This document shows positions 11,101 through 23,540 of a stretch of DNA of 64,000 bases, piece by piece. The translations under genes were made by a program, and so were the position numbers. Origin of the DNA: Raillietiella orientalis (lineage: Eukaryota); assembly GCA_036172245.1 (NCBI GenBank), contig JAYWIR010000103.1, positions 62,001-126,000 on the forward strand. Direction: 5' to 3'. Every line of letters starts with the position of its first letter. Position 1 is the stretch's first letter. The notes beneath the pieces are model-generated. The model ran no database searches, was not told the DNA's origin, and was given only the letters and a program-made list of their open reading frames with translations.

Positions 11101-13314
11101 CCATTCTTCAGTTCAGGGTAACGTCAGTTGACGCTCTGGGATGAGCTCTCGCTATTTCGCGGCATGCGCTGCGCTGAAAAAGGTATTGACTCGGTCCTCC
11201 ACGGCCTCCGCGCAAATGTTGCAACGTTTGGCGGCTGTTTCAGATTCCGTTTTGTAGTCTGATTGACGTACGAGCGCTTCGCAACTTACCTGCCGCGTCG
11301 ATTGGTAAGTCTTTGCGGATGGCAACGCAGTAACTCGCCTTTTTGGGATTACGGGAGCATCTTTCCTTGTCATCGGAGCCCTGATGTATCGTGTGACGAT
11401 GGCAGCTGCTTTTGCGGCAGAAACCCTTGTGCGAGTATTCTTTATCGCGCGACTGTTCGCTGTGCCACGACACTACCTCCGGAGGAATGCCGATCATTTC
11501 TCCCAAGCACACAAGTTGTTTAGGTAATGCAATCAATGCACATCCATGTACAGCGGCCGTGTCGGTTTATACGGGAGATATGCTGCTGCCTCAACCCATG
11601 TTCATCTAGCTACGGTGCCTGAAAATTTCTTCGAGCTGTTACGCGAAGTAAAAAGATAGAAGATGAACAGAACAAAGCCGTTGGTGGTAGCAGTCCGTTT
11701 GATGAGGACAGGGCAGTGGGACTGGTTTCGATTGAAAATCCTGGCAACTGGGTACTTTAAGTTCCACGGTTTGCCGTTGAGGCACTATTTAACTGCGGAG
11801 GCGTGATCCAGATGCCTCTAGAAGACTCATGCAGCGATCATTCCGTTCCTGCATGGCCAATTTTGCTTTTCGGAACAGGTCGTGATGTACAACACGTCGA
11901 TGGTTCATTTTGCATCTCTTGCTTTCTGCTTGCTTCCCAACCCAAAAGAGTAAAATAGAATAAACGAACCTCGGAGAGATCGCCTTCTAGAAGAAAAACA
12001 GTTCGCGATCCTAGTTCTAAGACATGTGCGCTCCGCGTCGAGACGTCGGTTTCGGCCTCCTTCGTAAATGTAGGAGCTTCAGCTCCACATTAGGATTTTT
12101 GCCCTTGCACTGAAGTTATGTAGAGATAAGTGATGAGTTTCTTTACGCCTTCCTTTCCAGCAAGCCAAAAGCAACACAGGAATTGAGTTTTTCGTTGCAG
12201 TCCATCGCCGTCTCTACACTTAGTGCGGATTAAAGTTTCCGAGGGCTGCCAAAGAGACGAGGAAGATTTTAAAATGGATTCCCAGCCGCCCGCTTACGGA
12301 ACGTTATGGCTGCAGGAAACCGTTCGCACGTAAGCCAAAAGCCAGGAACAAAACATGGAACAGGTAAATCTGTTCCTGTTCGTGCCAGCAGTCTGTTACA
12401 CTCAATGAGAGATCCTGGAGTCCCGCAGTAAAAGTGAGTGAGCAGTGAGAACTGCTCTCGCCGCAGCGCTATCAACTATGAAGAAATACCTCAAGAGCAT
12501 CATGGCGACGAAATAAGGAGTAAAGGTCACACTTCTGGCAGAAAGAAAGGACAGGGCGAGTGAAACACGAGCAGACCACCGACGATAAATGACGGACCTG
12601 TGGCACAGCTAGCTGTTCAACCAAGGTAAAGAACCCTTAAAATCAGACAGCAGTTGTGGAAAAACAGAGCCCTTAAGTAGAGGTTGGATTCACCGTTGCT
12701 GCTCCTCGGAGCAGTATTTGGAAATAAAAGAAAGATTTCCTATACGGATAAGGCAAACATCCGCACTACAACCTAAAAACATGGAAGAAGCCCTCAGATT
12801 ATAGATAAAAGGGCGACGGATCAGGAAGGCTACCAATAACCTCGAAAGACACAAAACTTTTTGTGCAACTTTAGGTAAAGTATGTCATATATTTTCAACA
12901 GACTTCCCCCTTCAAGAAGGAAAACATATTCTAGAACTACTTCCAGGAGTTCAACTTCGAAAAAGCCAAGAAAAATGAAGATCTGTTGTCGACTAATACC
13001 ATCAGAACTGCTTTTCTGCGAAACTATATTGAAGAAAAAAACAAAAGCACATGTCGTCATCAGAAAATGAAGATATCGGTGAGACCTGCATCACTAAGTG
13101 GCTGCGAGAATGTAACAGGTCAGCAAAACAAGGAACAAAAATGCAGCATAACCTAGGAAACCAATTCAAATTACTAAGCTTCAGTTCTCAGTTCCACTTA
13201 CACTACTTAGCTCCATCTTATAGAAAACTCTAGAGATACACTTCCAAAAAGGTAAGCAAATAAATATTATATGAAGACAACTTTAAAAATTCCTAAATTT
13301 TAGGTTTTCCTGCC

Positions 13315-13692
13315 ATGATCTCTGAAATTCTAAATGAGCAAAGTTATGACTTGTGGAGGATCTTGGAGGAATTCGAACAACTGAACGCCTGGGTGACTAC
13401 GAGTCCATACTATCACACATACATCAGCGACGAATATAAGAGGTTCATCGATGAAACCGTTCAGGATGCCGACATCAATACAATACCATTCCTAGATGAA
13501 GATGTCAAAACCATTCTTCGATACAATGGAATCTGGAAAATCAGAAATTTACTGAGACTTCTTAAAAAAAATAATTACAGCAGCCAAGTGTTTATAAGAA
13601 TCCTGCTCGTCATCCTGGGTGATCACCGACACGTAAGAAGGGAAAAATTGAAGTTCCTCGCGTTAACACTCTACTGCATATTACTAAAATGA
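13315..13692 (+). CDS. Unassigned 125-aa ORF, possibly a terminal exon
   Basis: Open frame in AT-rich DNA, preceded by an intron-like GTAAG...TTTTAG segment (13252-13303); no motif recognised. Confidence 0.3.
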   Translation: MISEILNEQSYDLWRILEEFEQLNAWVTTSPYYHTYISDEYKRFIDETVQDADINTIPFLDEDVKTILRYNGIWKIRNLLRLLKKNNYSSQVFIRILLVILGDHRHVRREKLKFLALTLYCILLK

Positions 13693-13802
13693 AACATTAA
13701 AATGCAAATAAAAGAAATAAGAAAAGCCAAGAAAGAGTAGCGAACTTACATAACGTAGAAGAAAACAGTTAGTGTAGGTAGGTTAAGCGAAGTGAAGTCA
13801 TT

Positions 13803-13917
13803 TTAGGTTAGGGTAGCTTAGATTAGGCAGGTTAGGTTAGGTCAGGTAAGGTGGTATGTGTTAGGTCAGGTAAGGTTAGGCAAGATAGTTTAGGTAAGGT
13901 AGCTTAGGTAAGGTTAC
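13803..13917 (+). repeat. Degenerate pentamer array (TTAGG/TAAGG/TCAGG)n
   Basis: About 20 imperfect units read directly, e.g. gttaggttaggtcaggtaagg. Confidence 0.85.
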
Positions 13918-16559
13918 AACAAGATGAACTGATGATATTAGCAGCGAAGTCGCAGCATGGTGATCCCAGAAAAGCAGTTTCGCGTTCAAATACAGAAAGA
14001 AACATCGCTCTATTCAGGAACGACTTGCCATCTGTAGGCATGCAAGATGAAAAGCCAGGAATGCTAACTGCTTACAAAGTGCAAGGAAACGGAGAAGACC
14101 TAAAGCGCTTAAACATCATTTGAAAAGCAAGGTTCAAATTCGAGAGTGCAAGCCTACTCCATCCTCCAAACAAATAAATATAGAGCAGGTTGTAGCAATT
14201 CGACTGATTCGAGCACTATCAATCTGAAAATATTCTCACCATGTGCATCTTGAGCATCATGATTCCTCTACAGTTCTTCTCAGATTGTTTTCTGATGCAC
14301 ACCGAACCTGCAACGCAGCAACAGCAGGTCAGGAAAGCGAAGTATGTTAGAGGTGAATACAAGGGATGTGATAAGATTTGTTTACTTTCGACTGCAGCAA
14401 GCGTTGCAGAAAGCGCAATTGGCATTCAACTTACGAGAAATGCTGGATCCAGTTGAATGCAGTCCATAAAAGGGGAAAATCTGGATCAGCTACGCAGCCG
14501 ACAAGCAAAGGTTTCAGGAAATGTTTGCTCAGTCTTCAAGAGAACCGGGGAGCATGTTTGCCATTGCATATGTGGGCAACACACCCACCACAGCTTCACT
14601 AAGAACCAAATATCAGTCGATGCTGTCCATTAAACTGAGTATCCAAGAAACCGATGCACTTTTTCACGAGGAGTGATGGCTGCATGGCAGTCTCAGCGCT
14701 AATAAAAATGATTAAATTTCCTCGAAGACACAAAACTAATTCAAAGAAACAAAGTGCTCAGTAGAAAAACATCTGTACGGTTTTATGAAACAAGGATTCC
14801 TGGGGATGCTTATCTTAGCGGAGCAGTTTGATATGATGTCCACTGACTCCACGTTTAACTCTTGCGTTCCCTGATCCGGATATTCGTCAGCTTTCCAAAT
14901 ACTCTCTGAATAAAACCATCTGACAAAAAGTGAAACAGCTGACAGATGCATAACTTTTCTCTGCAAATCTGACGGAACACCTTGCTACACCACTGCATCA
15001 CTCAAGATGGGATGCTGCAAACGTTTGGTCCCGTGCCCAGCAAGCGTAGAAGAGACTTGGCATTAAGTGGAACTACATCCGCAGGGTAGTGAAGATAACC
15101 CTACCAATCGGAGTCTTCAGGAGAGTGATCACAATGTTGTTGTATGCACCACAGTGGGGTTGGTGGCCTTCACAGAAGCTAGACTCTAGTTGCGGAGTAT
15201 GATCAAGTGCCCACGATCGATTGCGTGCTGCTCCACTCTACGTCGCTGTTTTTCCAAGGGCTCAGTAAGTTATTACGCCGCAGCGACTGCCGGCTTATAC
15301 ACAGTTTTCGACGGTATCAATTGACTCTGAACGGAGATATTAAGCCAGGAGGCTTCGAGATATATGCGGACATTGTGTGTATCCGGTGGAGGCATTGGCC
15401 ACGTGGTTTGCCTTTGCAACCATCATCTGGGTACTAGGATAGCGGACAGACACAATGCCGCGTTAGGCATCCATAATGCGAACGCTCGTTATAAATGGTC
15501 AATGAACCAGCAGCTGGCAATCAACCGTTGGGATCCGGATATCAACAATGCCTTCTGACCAGGGCGGGTAGATTGCGATGGACAGCATGTGATGTGACGA
15601 TGATGTGACGATCTCATGTAAAAGCAAAAAGCAGTCACCTGGTGTTGCTAAGAATAGTAGGGTCACCAAATACCAATGCATGATGCATTGACTACGAGAC
15701 ACAGCGCTCAACGGTCGAAATAGATATACTCGTTATTGAGTCTCTGGGAAGTTGGCTGCCCAATAGCGATGCGGTCTGGAAGTTCAAAGTGAACAATCCC
15801 CATCAAAAACTCGATGCCACCGCTCGTTGCTCCGGAATTTCCAGTGATGAAAAGCAGTACGCGCTGTTTCCCGGAGAGAGGAAACAGCGAACTGACCAGT
15901 AAATGAGGGACCAGCACTAGTTCTTTAGGAGCAACACTGAAAATTTCTCCCCGCCGATACAGTGCCTTTGCCTCGGAAGGCGCAGTGTAAGCATTGATCA
16001 ACTTGAGCGTCCATCTGGCACTGAGATGTTTTGTTTCTCGTGAGAGGATGCAGGAAAACTTCCAAGTCGACGATTGGCTACTGTCGTCTCTTGTCTTGAA
16101 AGCATGCATTGCAATGACGACGGATTCCGTGGCTAAGGGTGAAAACTTTTCCGCGTCCTGCATTATCATTTCCAGAAGTCGCCGCAACAGGTGTCTCATG
16201 GGATAAGAATCTTGAGAGCACATTCTCTGGAATGTATTTCAGGATTCAGGAGCTCCTGATGTCAGGGTCAAAGCTCGTTGAGATGATGTAGGCACACAAA
16301 TGGGCTTTCGTTTGAATGTCCAGCTGCTAAAGGAGGAACCCTTGCATTCTGTAAGCGAGCTCCGCTGCAACGAGAACAGCCCTCCGCTGATGAATCATCC
16401 TTGCAGAAGCATGCATGAAATTGAACGCAACAGACAAGACCATTGCTAAGGATACAGTGGCAGGATTCGAAACTGCACTCGCAGCCTTATTGTATTTAGC
16501 TACAGGATATCTGAAACTACGCCGAAATCCGAAGTCTTTAAGACGGATCTAGAACCTTC

Positions 16560-16830
16560 CAGGTCCCTGGAGATTCCTCCACAGCAGGCAAGGAGTGCTC
16601 TACTTCTCCTCGTAGGGTGGTGTAGAATCTAAAATACCAGGGCAGAAGAAGAGGGCCACAAAGGCGTTCGAAATAACAGATCGTTCCAAAAATACCCACT
16701 TGCTATTAAGGAAGTGATCCAGGGCGAGTTCTGCCTTTTGAACGCAGTCCGACCACGCTTTGGAAGCGCCTATGACTCTCAACGGAACGTCAAGGTATCA
16801 TAAGTACCTACCGTTGGGATATCCAGGTGA
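16560..16830 (-). pseudogene. Old ORF2 remnant (post-RT region)
   Basis: AWSDCVQKAELALDHFLNSKWVFLERSVISNAFVA aligns with AWADCLQKAELAISPFFNGKFTLQERATIWNTFVA of copy D. Confidence 0.75.
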
Positions 16831-17599
16831 ATTCAGTCGGACAGTCTCTCCCACGGAAAAATCTTCGATACGAACATGCTCTTTCTTCTGTTCGCACGCA
16901 GTTAGGATGTTGGAATCAGCTACTTTCGAATTAGCTCTCCGGATCGGTAAGCGCTCCTCTCGAAAGTCCTTCTATGGACCCTGTCAGTTTTGGGTCTCGC
17001 GCCCTCTAAGCCGGAGGAAAACTTGGCTCGAAATGGTCTTGGTGGCATACCAGAATATTCATAAGCCTTGGAACACAACGAAAACGTACTATTTCAAGGG
17101 CAGCTACGGCTGAGACGGAGCGAAGCTTTAATAGCCAAACCTAAACAGGGCAAAGCCGTTGAATGCGACACTGTATCCTGCATTCGTGTGCTTCCTGAAA
17201 AATTGCGACATGATTTTCTTCTGCGTGTATAGCTTGCTTCATCCACCTTTCCAGGTTCAACATGCTCCCTCTTAGAGGAGTGGCAATAGGCCAGTGTTCT
17301 ATGAGCGCTGCAGACACTACCCTTACTTCAAGAGACAATGCCATACGTGCTCTTCCATCGTATCAAGCACCTAGCTGGTCCAATCACCGTTAGGCACAAC
17401 GCCGTCTTGTATACCCTTGAAACTTACTTGAGGAACAAGTGGCCAAAGGTGGCAATCGACAAATCCTTTGCGTGTATGTAGGTATAGAATCGCTGGAGTA
17501 CTATGGCAGACATGCCTGAAGACATCACGATAAATGTAGGGGTGGGAGAGGAACGTTCAACTCTCAATCCTGCAGAGGGAAGGGCTTAGACCCCAAAGG

Positions 17600-17960
17600 A
17601 ATCCTCCTATCCGCCGACGAGGACCTGGAATAACGTCGCCGAGAACCGAATGTCGACGCGATGGCATTGCTGACGGCGCACAAGGAGAGCGGCTAAAAGT
17701 CCTCTCTTGTCTACAAGATAAGTGTCGCCTTTTCTAGAAATACTGCAAGCTCCTTCTCTATAGCGTCGCAGAATGCTAATGTCAAGGCGGAAGACCTTAT
17801 TATCCCCTTCGTCTCAAGCGATGTCAAAGCGTAAAGCTGACCTGCAAAGATGCAGGGCTGGCTCAGAACCTGATGAAGAATCCCCTTAACATCGATGGCG
17901 CGAAGCTATTCCTTTCCGGAGAAATTCGTAGTTCTTCGCCTCATAGGTTTCACTTTTCGG
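17600..17960 (+). pseudogene. Old ORF1 remnant
   Basis: Translates to KSSLVYKI and CKDAGLAQNLMKNPLNIDGAKL, matching A ORF1 (KPSLVYKV, CKDITLAQSLITTPLNVDGRKI). Confidence 0.7.
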
Positions 17961-18169
17961 ATCCGATGCACCGGGTTGGGATTCTTGTCAGAAGTTAGAT
18001 GGCGAAAACGGTACGCAGCTTTCGCTACGACTTTGTCACCCAATCATGCCAAGTCGTTTATTATCAACATTCGACAATTGCTGTGAGACTCCCTGCAGCG
18101 GAAAATACAACGAGTGACCTTTCGGTTCGTCGGTTCGCCAAACGACCTGACTTTCCATATAAGCCGAGG

Positions 18170-18625
18170 GGAATAAGGGAAAAACACAAAAGAAAGAATA
18201 GTTTTTTGGAGGATCGAGAAGGGGTAACTGCCCGCTACATATAACGTTCAGCCTTTGCTGGATGTCAACGCGATCCTTCTGCCTAATTTGCAGGTGGAAC
18301 CATCGGATTCCAGTTTGCTGGAAGCGAGCTACTCACTCCACGACACACCTGTCGTTTGAATTTCGTATTCCGTTGTATCCACTCCAGAACGCCAGACTAC
18401 TGCACCTGCAGATAAGAGATTATAGGACAGTGGCAGGATGCAGGGAGTTGCGCGAAAAGACGAGCAAGAAAATGTCTGTGGGAGGACTCACCACCGCAAT
18501 CCCGAGGATCGTCTGAAAATGTTCCCAAAGGGGGCGAAGGGCAACACAGTCTACCATCAGGTGCGGCATGGATTCCCGTCCCCGCACCTCACGCACTTTG
18601 TACACACTCTTTCAGGCGTTCTCGT
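18170..18625 (-). pseudogene. Old ORF2 C-terminal remnant with T-rich 3' UTR
   Basis: GRESMPHLMVDCVALRPLWEHF. Confidence 0.75.
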
Positions 18626-18634
18626 TCACGTCTT

Positions 18635-18680
18635 CTGCGGTACGTTCTGTGGTACGTACGTAACACAGAACGTACCGCAG
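18635..18680. repeat. 46-bp near-perfect palindrome
   Basis: CTGCGGTACGTTCTGTG-g-TACGTACGTA-a-CACAGAACGTACCGCAG; one mismatch. Confidence 0.9.
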
Positions 18681-18699
18681 TACAGTACGTTCTGTCGTA

Positions 18700-20580
18700 A
18701 GTACTGTGGCAATTGCGATGCTACATGGTACTTAAAAAAACGGTGATCTAACATGCAATGCCACTTATGTGGAAATAAAAGCCACATCCGCAAGGTGTGC
18801 CCAAGACGAGAAATCCCGGTCCCTCCCGCTGCCAAAAAGGCAAAGGGGAAACGGGCGGGAGAGACCAATACCATGAAGCAGGCCGTGAGGAGCCAGATGC
18901 CAGTCCCTAAGCCATCCCAGCAAACTTCCGTTGAGAGCACTACCGACGACGCTACTGACGGCGAAGTCTGGCAGACTGTACAGCCCAGAAGAAAGCCCGG
19001 GATTCCCGAACGAAGCGCAAGGAAAACAAAAACGCAGCGCGGAAAACCGTGCTGCGAAAAACTTCGCGCTTGGTCGGTAATATTAGAGCGTGTGGAGGCA
19101 CTCGATGCCGCCACCGGGGGAGCAATCCCCAATCTCGCGTCCGCCGAAGCCGCGACGGTGGATGGCGAACGCTCTGGGGAAACAGAGGGGGAACCGTGCG
19201 CCGCGCTCGACGCGCTCGAGGAGGCCGCCTTCCAGCAGGAGGTGGAAGAACTCGAGGCAGAACTGCAAGGCCGTAAGAAGAACTCCTGAAAAGGCTTACA
19301 AAGGCCGGCCGCGAGAAAGGCTCCGGATGCAGGTGAGGCCGAACCGGATGCCGGAAGTATGTGCTCCTCAACGGAGGCGCAACCAAAGAAGACGGGACGC
19401 AAGTCCCAGAATCTCAGGAGGCGCATACGGATCAAGAAGGAGGAGGATGAACTGGCACCCGAGGGGGAAGCCAGCAGCGTGGGAGGCGAGGGTGGGAATC
19501 TCTCATTTCTCGACACCGTGCAGCTGGCGACCCCCATGGACTAGGAAGTACAGGTGGGTGAATCCTCCCTTTCTCTGTAAGGCCCTGACGAAGACTCGGC
19601 CCCCATGGAGGAGGGAGAAGCGGTGCGCGACGCACCCCCTCTTCCTAGCGTCCTGCCCGACAAGGTGGCGGGAGCCCCATTGCCACTTTCCCAGGATTAA
19701 CACCTGGGCTCGCCTGTAGCCGTAGGATCGGCATAGTCTGCTTGAACGTCAATGGATGTGCGACGACGGCAACAGGCGGGATACGGCCGATACCGTGCAT
19801 GACTCCGACCTGGCACTCCTGCAGGAGATCCACGTGATCACCAGGGAGAGCGCCGAAGAGATGGAGAGGATCACAGGGCGTCGTCTGTATTAACAATGCG
19901 GCGCTCTCAACACCTGTGGCGTGGCGTTTTTTATGAAGCTAGCAGTCACCGCAGTTGTCAAGGGCGTACGCTTCGACAAGGACAGTCAGGTTGGCCAGCT
20001 CATCCATGGGAGGTCCGACTCCATAGACCTCGTCGAGAGTAACGTGTATGCTACGAGCGGAGGATGCGGGTACGTGGAACGTTCTCTGTTCCTCGAAACC
20101 TTGATGCGCGACTGGCTGGCGGATACAAACGTACGCAAAGTGCATCTGATCGCTGGGGATTTCAACATCCGCCTGCTCTCAGGTGTGCCTTGCGAGCAAA
20201 AAGACGCAGCCAACGAGCTGTGAGCTGCTATGCGCACGCGCAACTTGTTGGGGGACCTACCGGAAATGATGCAAAGCGTAGACAACGTCTTCCTTGACGC
20301 CGACCTGTGCCCACGGGTCGGCAGACGAGGGAAACTTCCGTCGACTCTATCGGACCATTTCCGGTTATATTCGAGGTTATGCCCCGCGACAAAGGACCAC
20401 CATCCAGAGCGTGGCGTGTGCACGAGGACTGGACGCGCATCTCAGGTGCGGCGGAACACCTCCGCCAAGTACTGGGAGGCGTCATCCTCCGGAATCTCCA
20501 AGACTGGGACCGCATGAAAGCCAGGGTCCGGGAGTCCTGCAAGCAGTTCCCTGTGCACCGCCTGCCTCGGGAATTCGGTG
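18700..20580 (+). mobile_element. Decayed A-related element: ORF1 from the zinc knuckles onward + APE domain, broken at the GFG-equivalent site
   Basis: CHLCGNKSHIRKVC; TAACA junction at about 19698-19702; IAGDFN; ends PVHRLPREFG. Confidence 0.88.
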
Positions 20581-23360
20581 CTAACACCCGGGTACGCCCG
20601 GCGCATTTATTTAAAAACTCTACATAAGTAGTACGAGGCCCCACCATGGCCGTAAACACAGGACCTGTCGGAACACCAGGACGCAGCCAGGCGTGGCACT
20701 CTGCGGCAACGATAGGGGATGAGGGAAAAAACAAAAATAAAAATAAAAAAAAAAACAAACAAATAGAGTTTGGAGGGAAGGGTAGAAATCACTGGACGCT
20801 GTGAGGAGGGCCCATCTTCCGAAGGAAGCCCTCGAGGTGTCCGCATATTTCCCAGATGGGGCCATCGAGCAGCTATCCGCAAGAAGCGTACTGCATACTG
20901 GATGACGTTCTCTCGTTTTCGTCCACATCTCCGTTACTGGCGTCGCTCCATGCCGCCACGATGCCTCGGACGCAGCACAGGGCTGCGGGGGCTACGGCTG
21001 GCTGCAGAGCGTCCCGCAGGAAGAGGAGCCGGAGAACGTCTCTAGGTGCACTACCCGAAGGGAGCAGGAGGGTCGCCCCGGACCGTTCGCAAAGGAGTCG
21101 GAGGGCAACACAATCTACAATAAGGTGATGGAGCGACTCCCGCTCCCCGCACCTGGCACGCAAAAAATCCACAGTTTCCCTCGTCCAGTGGAAGCGGCGC
21201 GCGTTACAGGGAAGACCCCAGTGCAACAAAAGCAACGCAGACTCTTGCCACCTGAGAGGCAGGATCCTGGATTCATTCATCACCGGTGACCACTTCAGCT
21301 CATGCCTGGGGATGGCGATCAGCTCGCCCCATCTTGCTAATCCTCGCGGCTGGACGCTCGGGGTCGCGGCGTCAGACAGTTCTCCTGTTGTCCAGCCGCT
21401 TATCAACTTCTCCCGTCCCTCGATGCAGCAGGAGACCTGCCACCTTGGTGTCCGGCTGCTGTGAAGAGCCCTCCTTAGGAAGGGCAGCGCCGTAGCTAGG
21501 CAAGTCGCCTCTGCCCACGTGCTTCTTGCTGGACTCTCCAGGAGCTTCCGCAGCGTGCAGCGGGCTTGGGAGCTGCATCGGAGACGATTCCACGTCTCGT
21601 GGTTTCTCTGATTAACCACTGCTTACGTTCCAATATTCTCCTCCAGCCAGGCGACAAAGTTGGCGGGGCAGCAAACCATCCAGCTCTTCTCCTTGGACAA
21701 TGTTGCCATGCGCCCGAGCAGCAGACCGCATCTTCGCATCTTAGGGCCTGGGCACCGAAAAAAAGACGCGTCGCACAAGGACACACGGCTGGCCAGGAGG
21801 CGGGCCGGAATGAACCAAGAGGTTCTCAACATCTTCGCTGCAAAGGCGAGGGTTCGACATCGCAGCTGCTTCTTCACACGCTTTAGCGTCAGAAGGCTAT
21901 GACAACCGTCCCGACGCGGAGCGCATAAGTCCTTCAAAGGGAGTCTGGGCCTCGTTCTGCCCCAAAGGGCGATGCGGAGGATGTCGTTTGTCTTCTTCCT
22001 GGATTCCACAGTGGGGGGGCAAACAAAATGTAAGGGGAAAAGGATGGCGGCCGCGAGTACGTTCTAAACCGAAGCCCGCTCCGGCAAGTGAAACTTGCTT
22101 ACGAGGAACGGGCCGATCGCCGTCTCGACATTTTAGAAGCAGCTCGACCGCGTTTCCGCCTGGGAGTAGTCCTCCAACCGCACATCAAGGTACTTGAAGC
22201 ACTTCGCCGTGAAGATCCCCAGACGTACCCAGTCCTGCTGCCCTGCCCACGCCGCACCTACTGGCACCACCGACGACTTCGCCCTGTTAACCTGCAGTCC
22301 GGTCCCGCGGCTGAGCAGATCGAAGAAGTCTCCGACCGCCTTTGCCGGGGTAGACATTGGCAACAAGCGCAGATTATCGTCGGCATAGGCTGATACGGCG
22401 GCCGTGCCGGGACACGAACTCGGCAAGGGGGCCAAAGTCACCCTGTACGCTCTCAGCACCAACTCAAAGTAGGTACTAAAGAGCAGGGGGCTGAGGCTAT
22501 CTCCCTGACTTATGCCCCACCGCACCGGCACGCCATACACCTTCTAACTGCTGAAAGAGACGGTAATCATCGCGTTCCGCCAGCAAGAGCGCAGGTAGGA
22601 AATCAGGGAGGGTGGGAAGCCTATGCGAACCAGGAGCTCAAAGAGGAGTTCCTGGTCTACACAGTCAAACGCTTTATGGAGATCGACTGCGAGCGCTGAG
22701 GCCCCCTTCCCCGCCCAAGGGTCCCTTCCCAGCCCGGCTGGCGGCCACAATGTGGGGTTGCCGACTTTCCCTATCCCTTTCTTTTCTCTTTTCTGGAGGT
22801 GCACCCATGTGCTTGCGAAGAAGAGGTTGGCATCCATACTTCGCCCGGGAACAGCATAAGTCTGCTCCGGGCTAATTACGGATTCTGCCACCTGCCCCAG
22901 ACGCGAAGCCCATAGCCCTGCTATCAACTTAGCGTCCGTATTCACGATCGTGATCGGACGCCAGTTCTTTAAATTCCTGAGGTCTCCTCCTTTCGGAAGG
23001 AGCCTCACTCTGGCTGACCGAAACGAGGCGGGTACATCGCCTCCATCTCGGATCAGCCTTGTCAACTCAAGCACCAGAGGTGCCAACTCTGCCGCGAAGC
23101 ATTGAACAAACTCCTCAGGCAGGCCGTCCTCCCCTGGTGCTTTCCGCCTCTGGAGCCTTTTGATACCGGCGAGAATTCCGCCGGTGGTAAAAGGCTCGTC
23201 GAGGCTTTCCTTCTCCTCCTCCCCTATTGCCGGGGCACCGTTCGGAAGCAAGCGCCGGGAGGCATCTTGGTCCGGGGGCGCCCTGGCGTAAAGGTAGGAA
23301 CAAAAACGCCTCAAGAGGTGCCGTATTCTAGCCGGAGCCGAGTGCTCCCGGCCTTGGTCG
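20581..23360 (-). mobile_element. A-type element (A5), 3' part: ORF2 pseudogene + 3' UTR
   Basis: RT motifs at 22133-23340; ORF2 stop at about 20789; terminal hairpin at 20581-20612. Confidence 0.9.
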
Positions 23361-23364
23361 GTTT

Positions 23365-23540
23365 TTCCTTGTGCTGTTTTTGGTGTGGAACATCGTTGGT
23401 GTCCGATGGTAGCGATGCCTGAGGACACCACGATGGAGGTAGGAGTAAGGGAAGTTTGCCCACCCCCACAGCCTACAGAATCAGGGGCGTCCGCCCCGGA
23501 ATCGCCCTCGCCGCTCGAAGCGAGGAGCTGGCGCGCCACT
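23365..23540 (+). other. Short fragment of A 5' UTR / ORF1 start
   Basis: Near identical to about 41500-41660 (ggtgtggaacatcgttggtgtccgatgg...MPEDTTMEVG). Confidence 0.85.
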
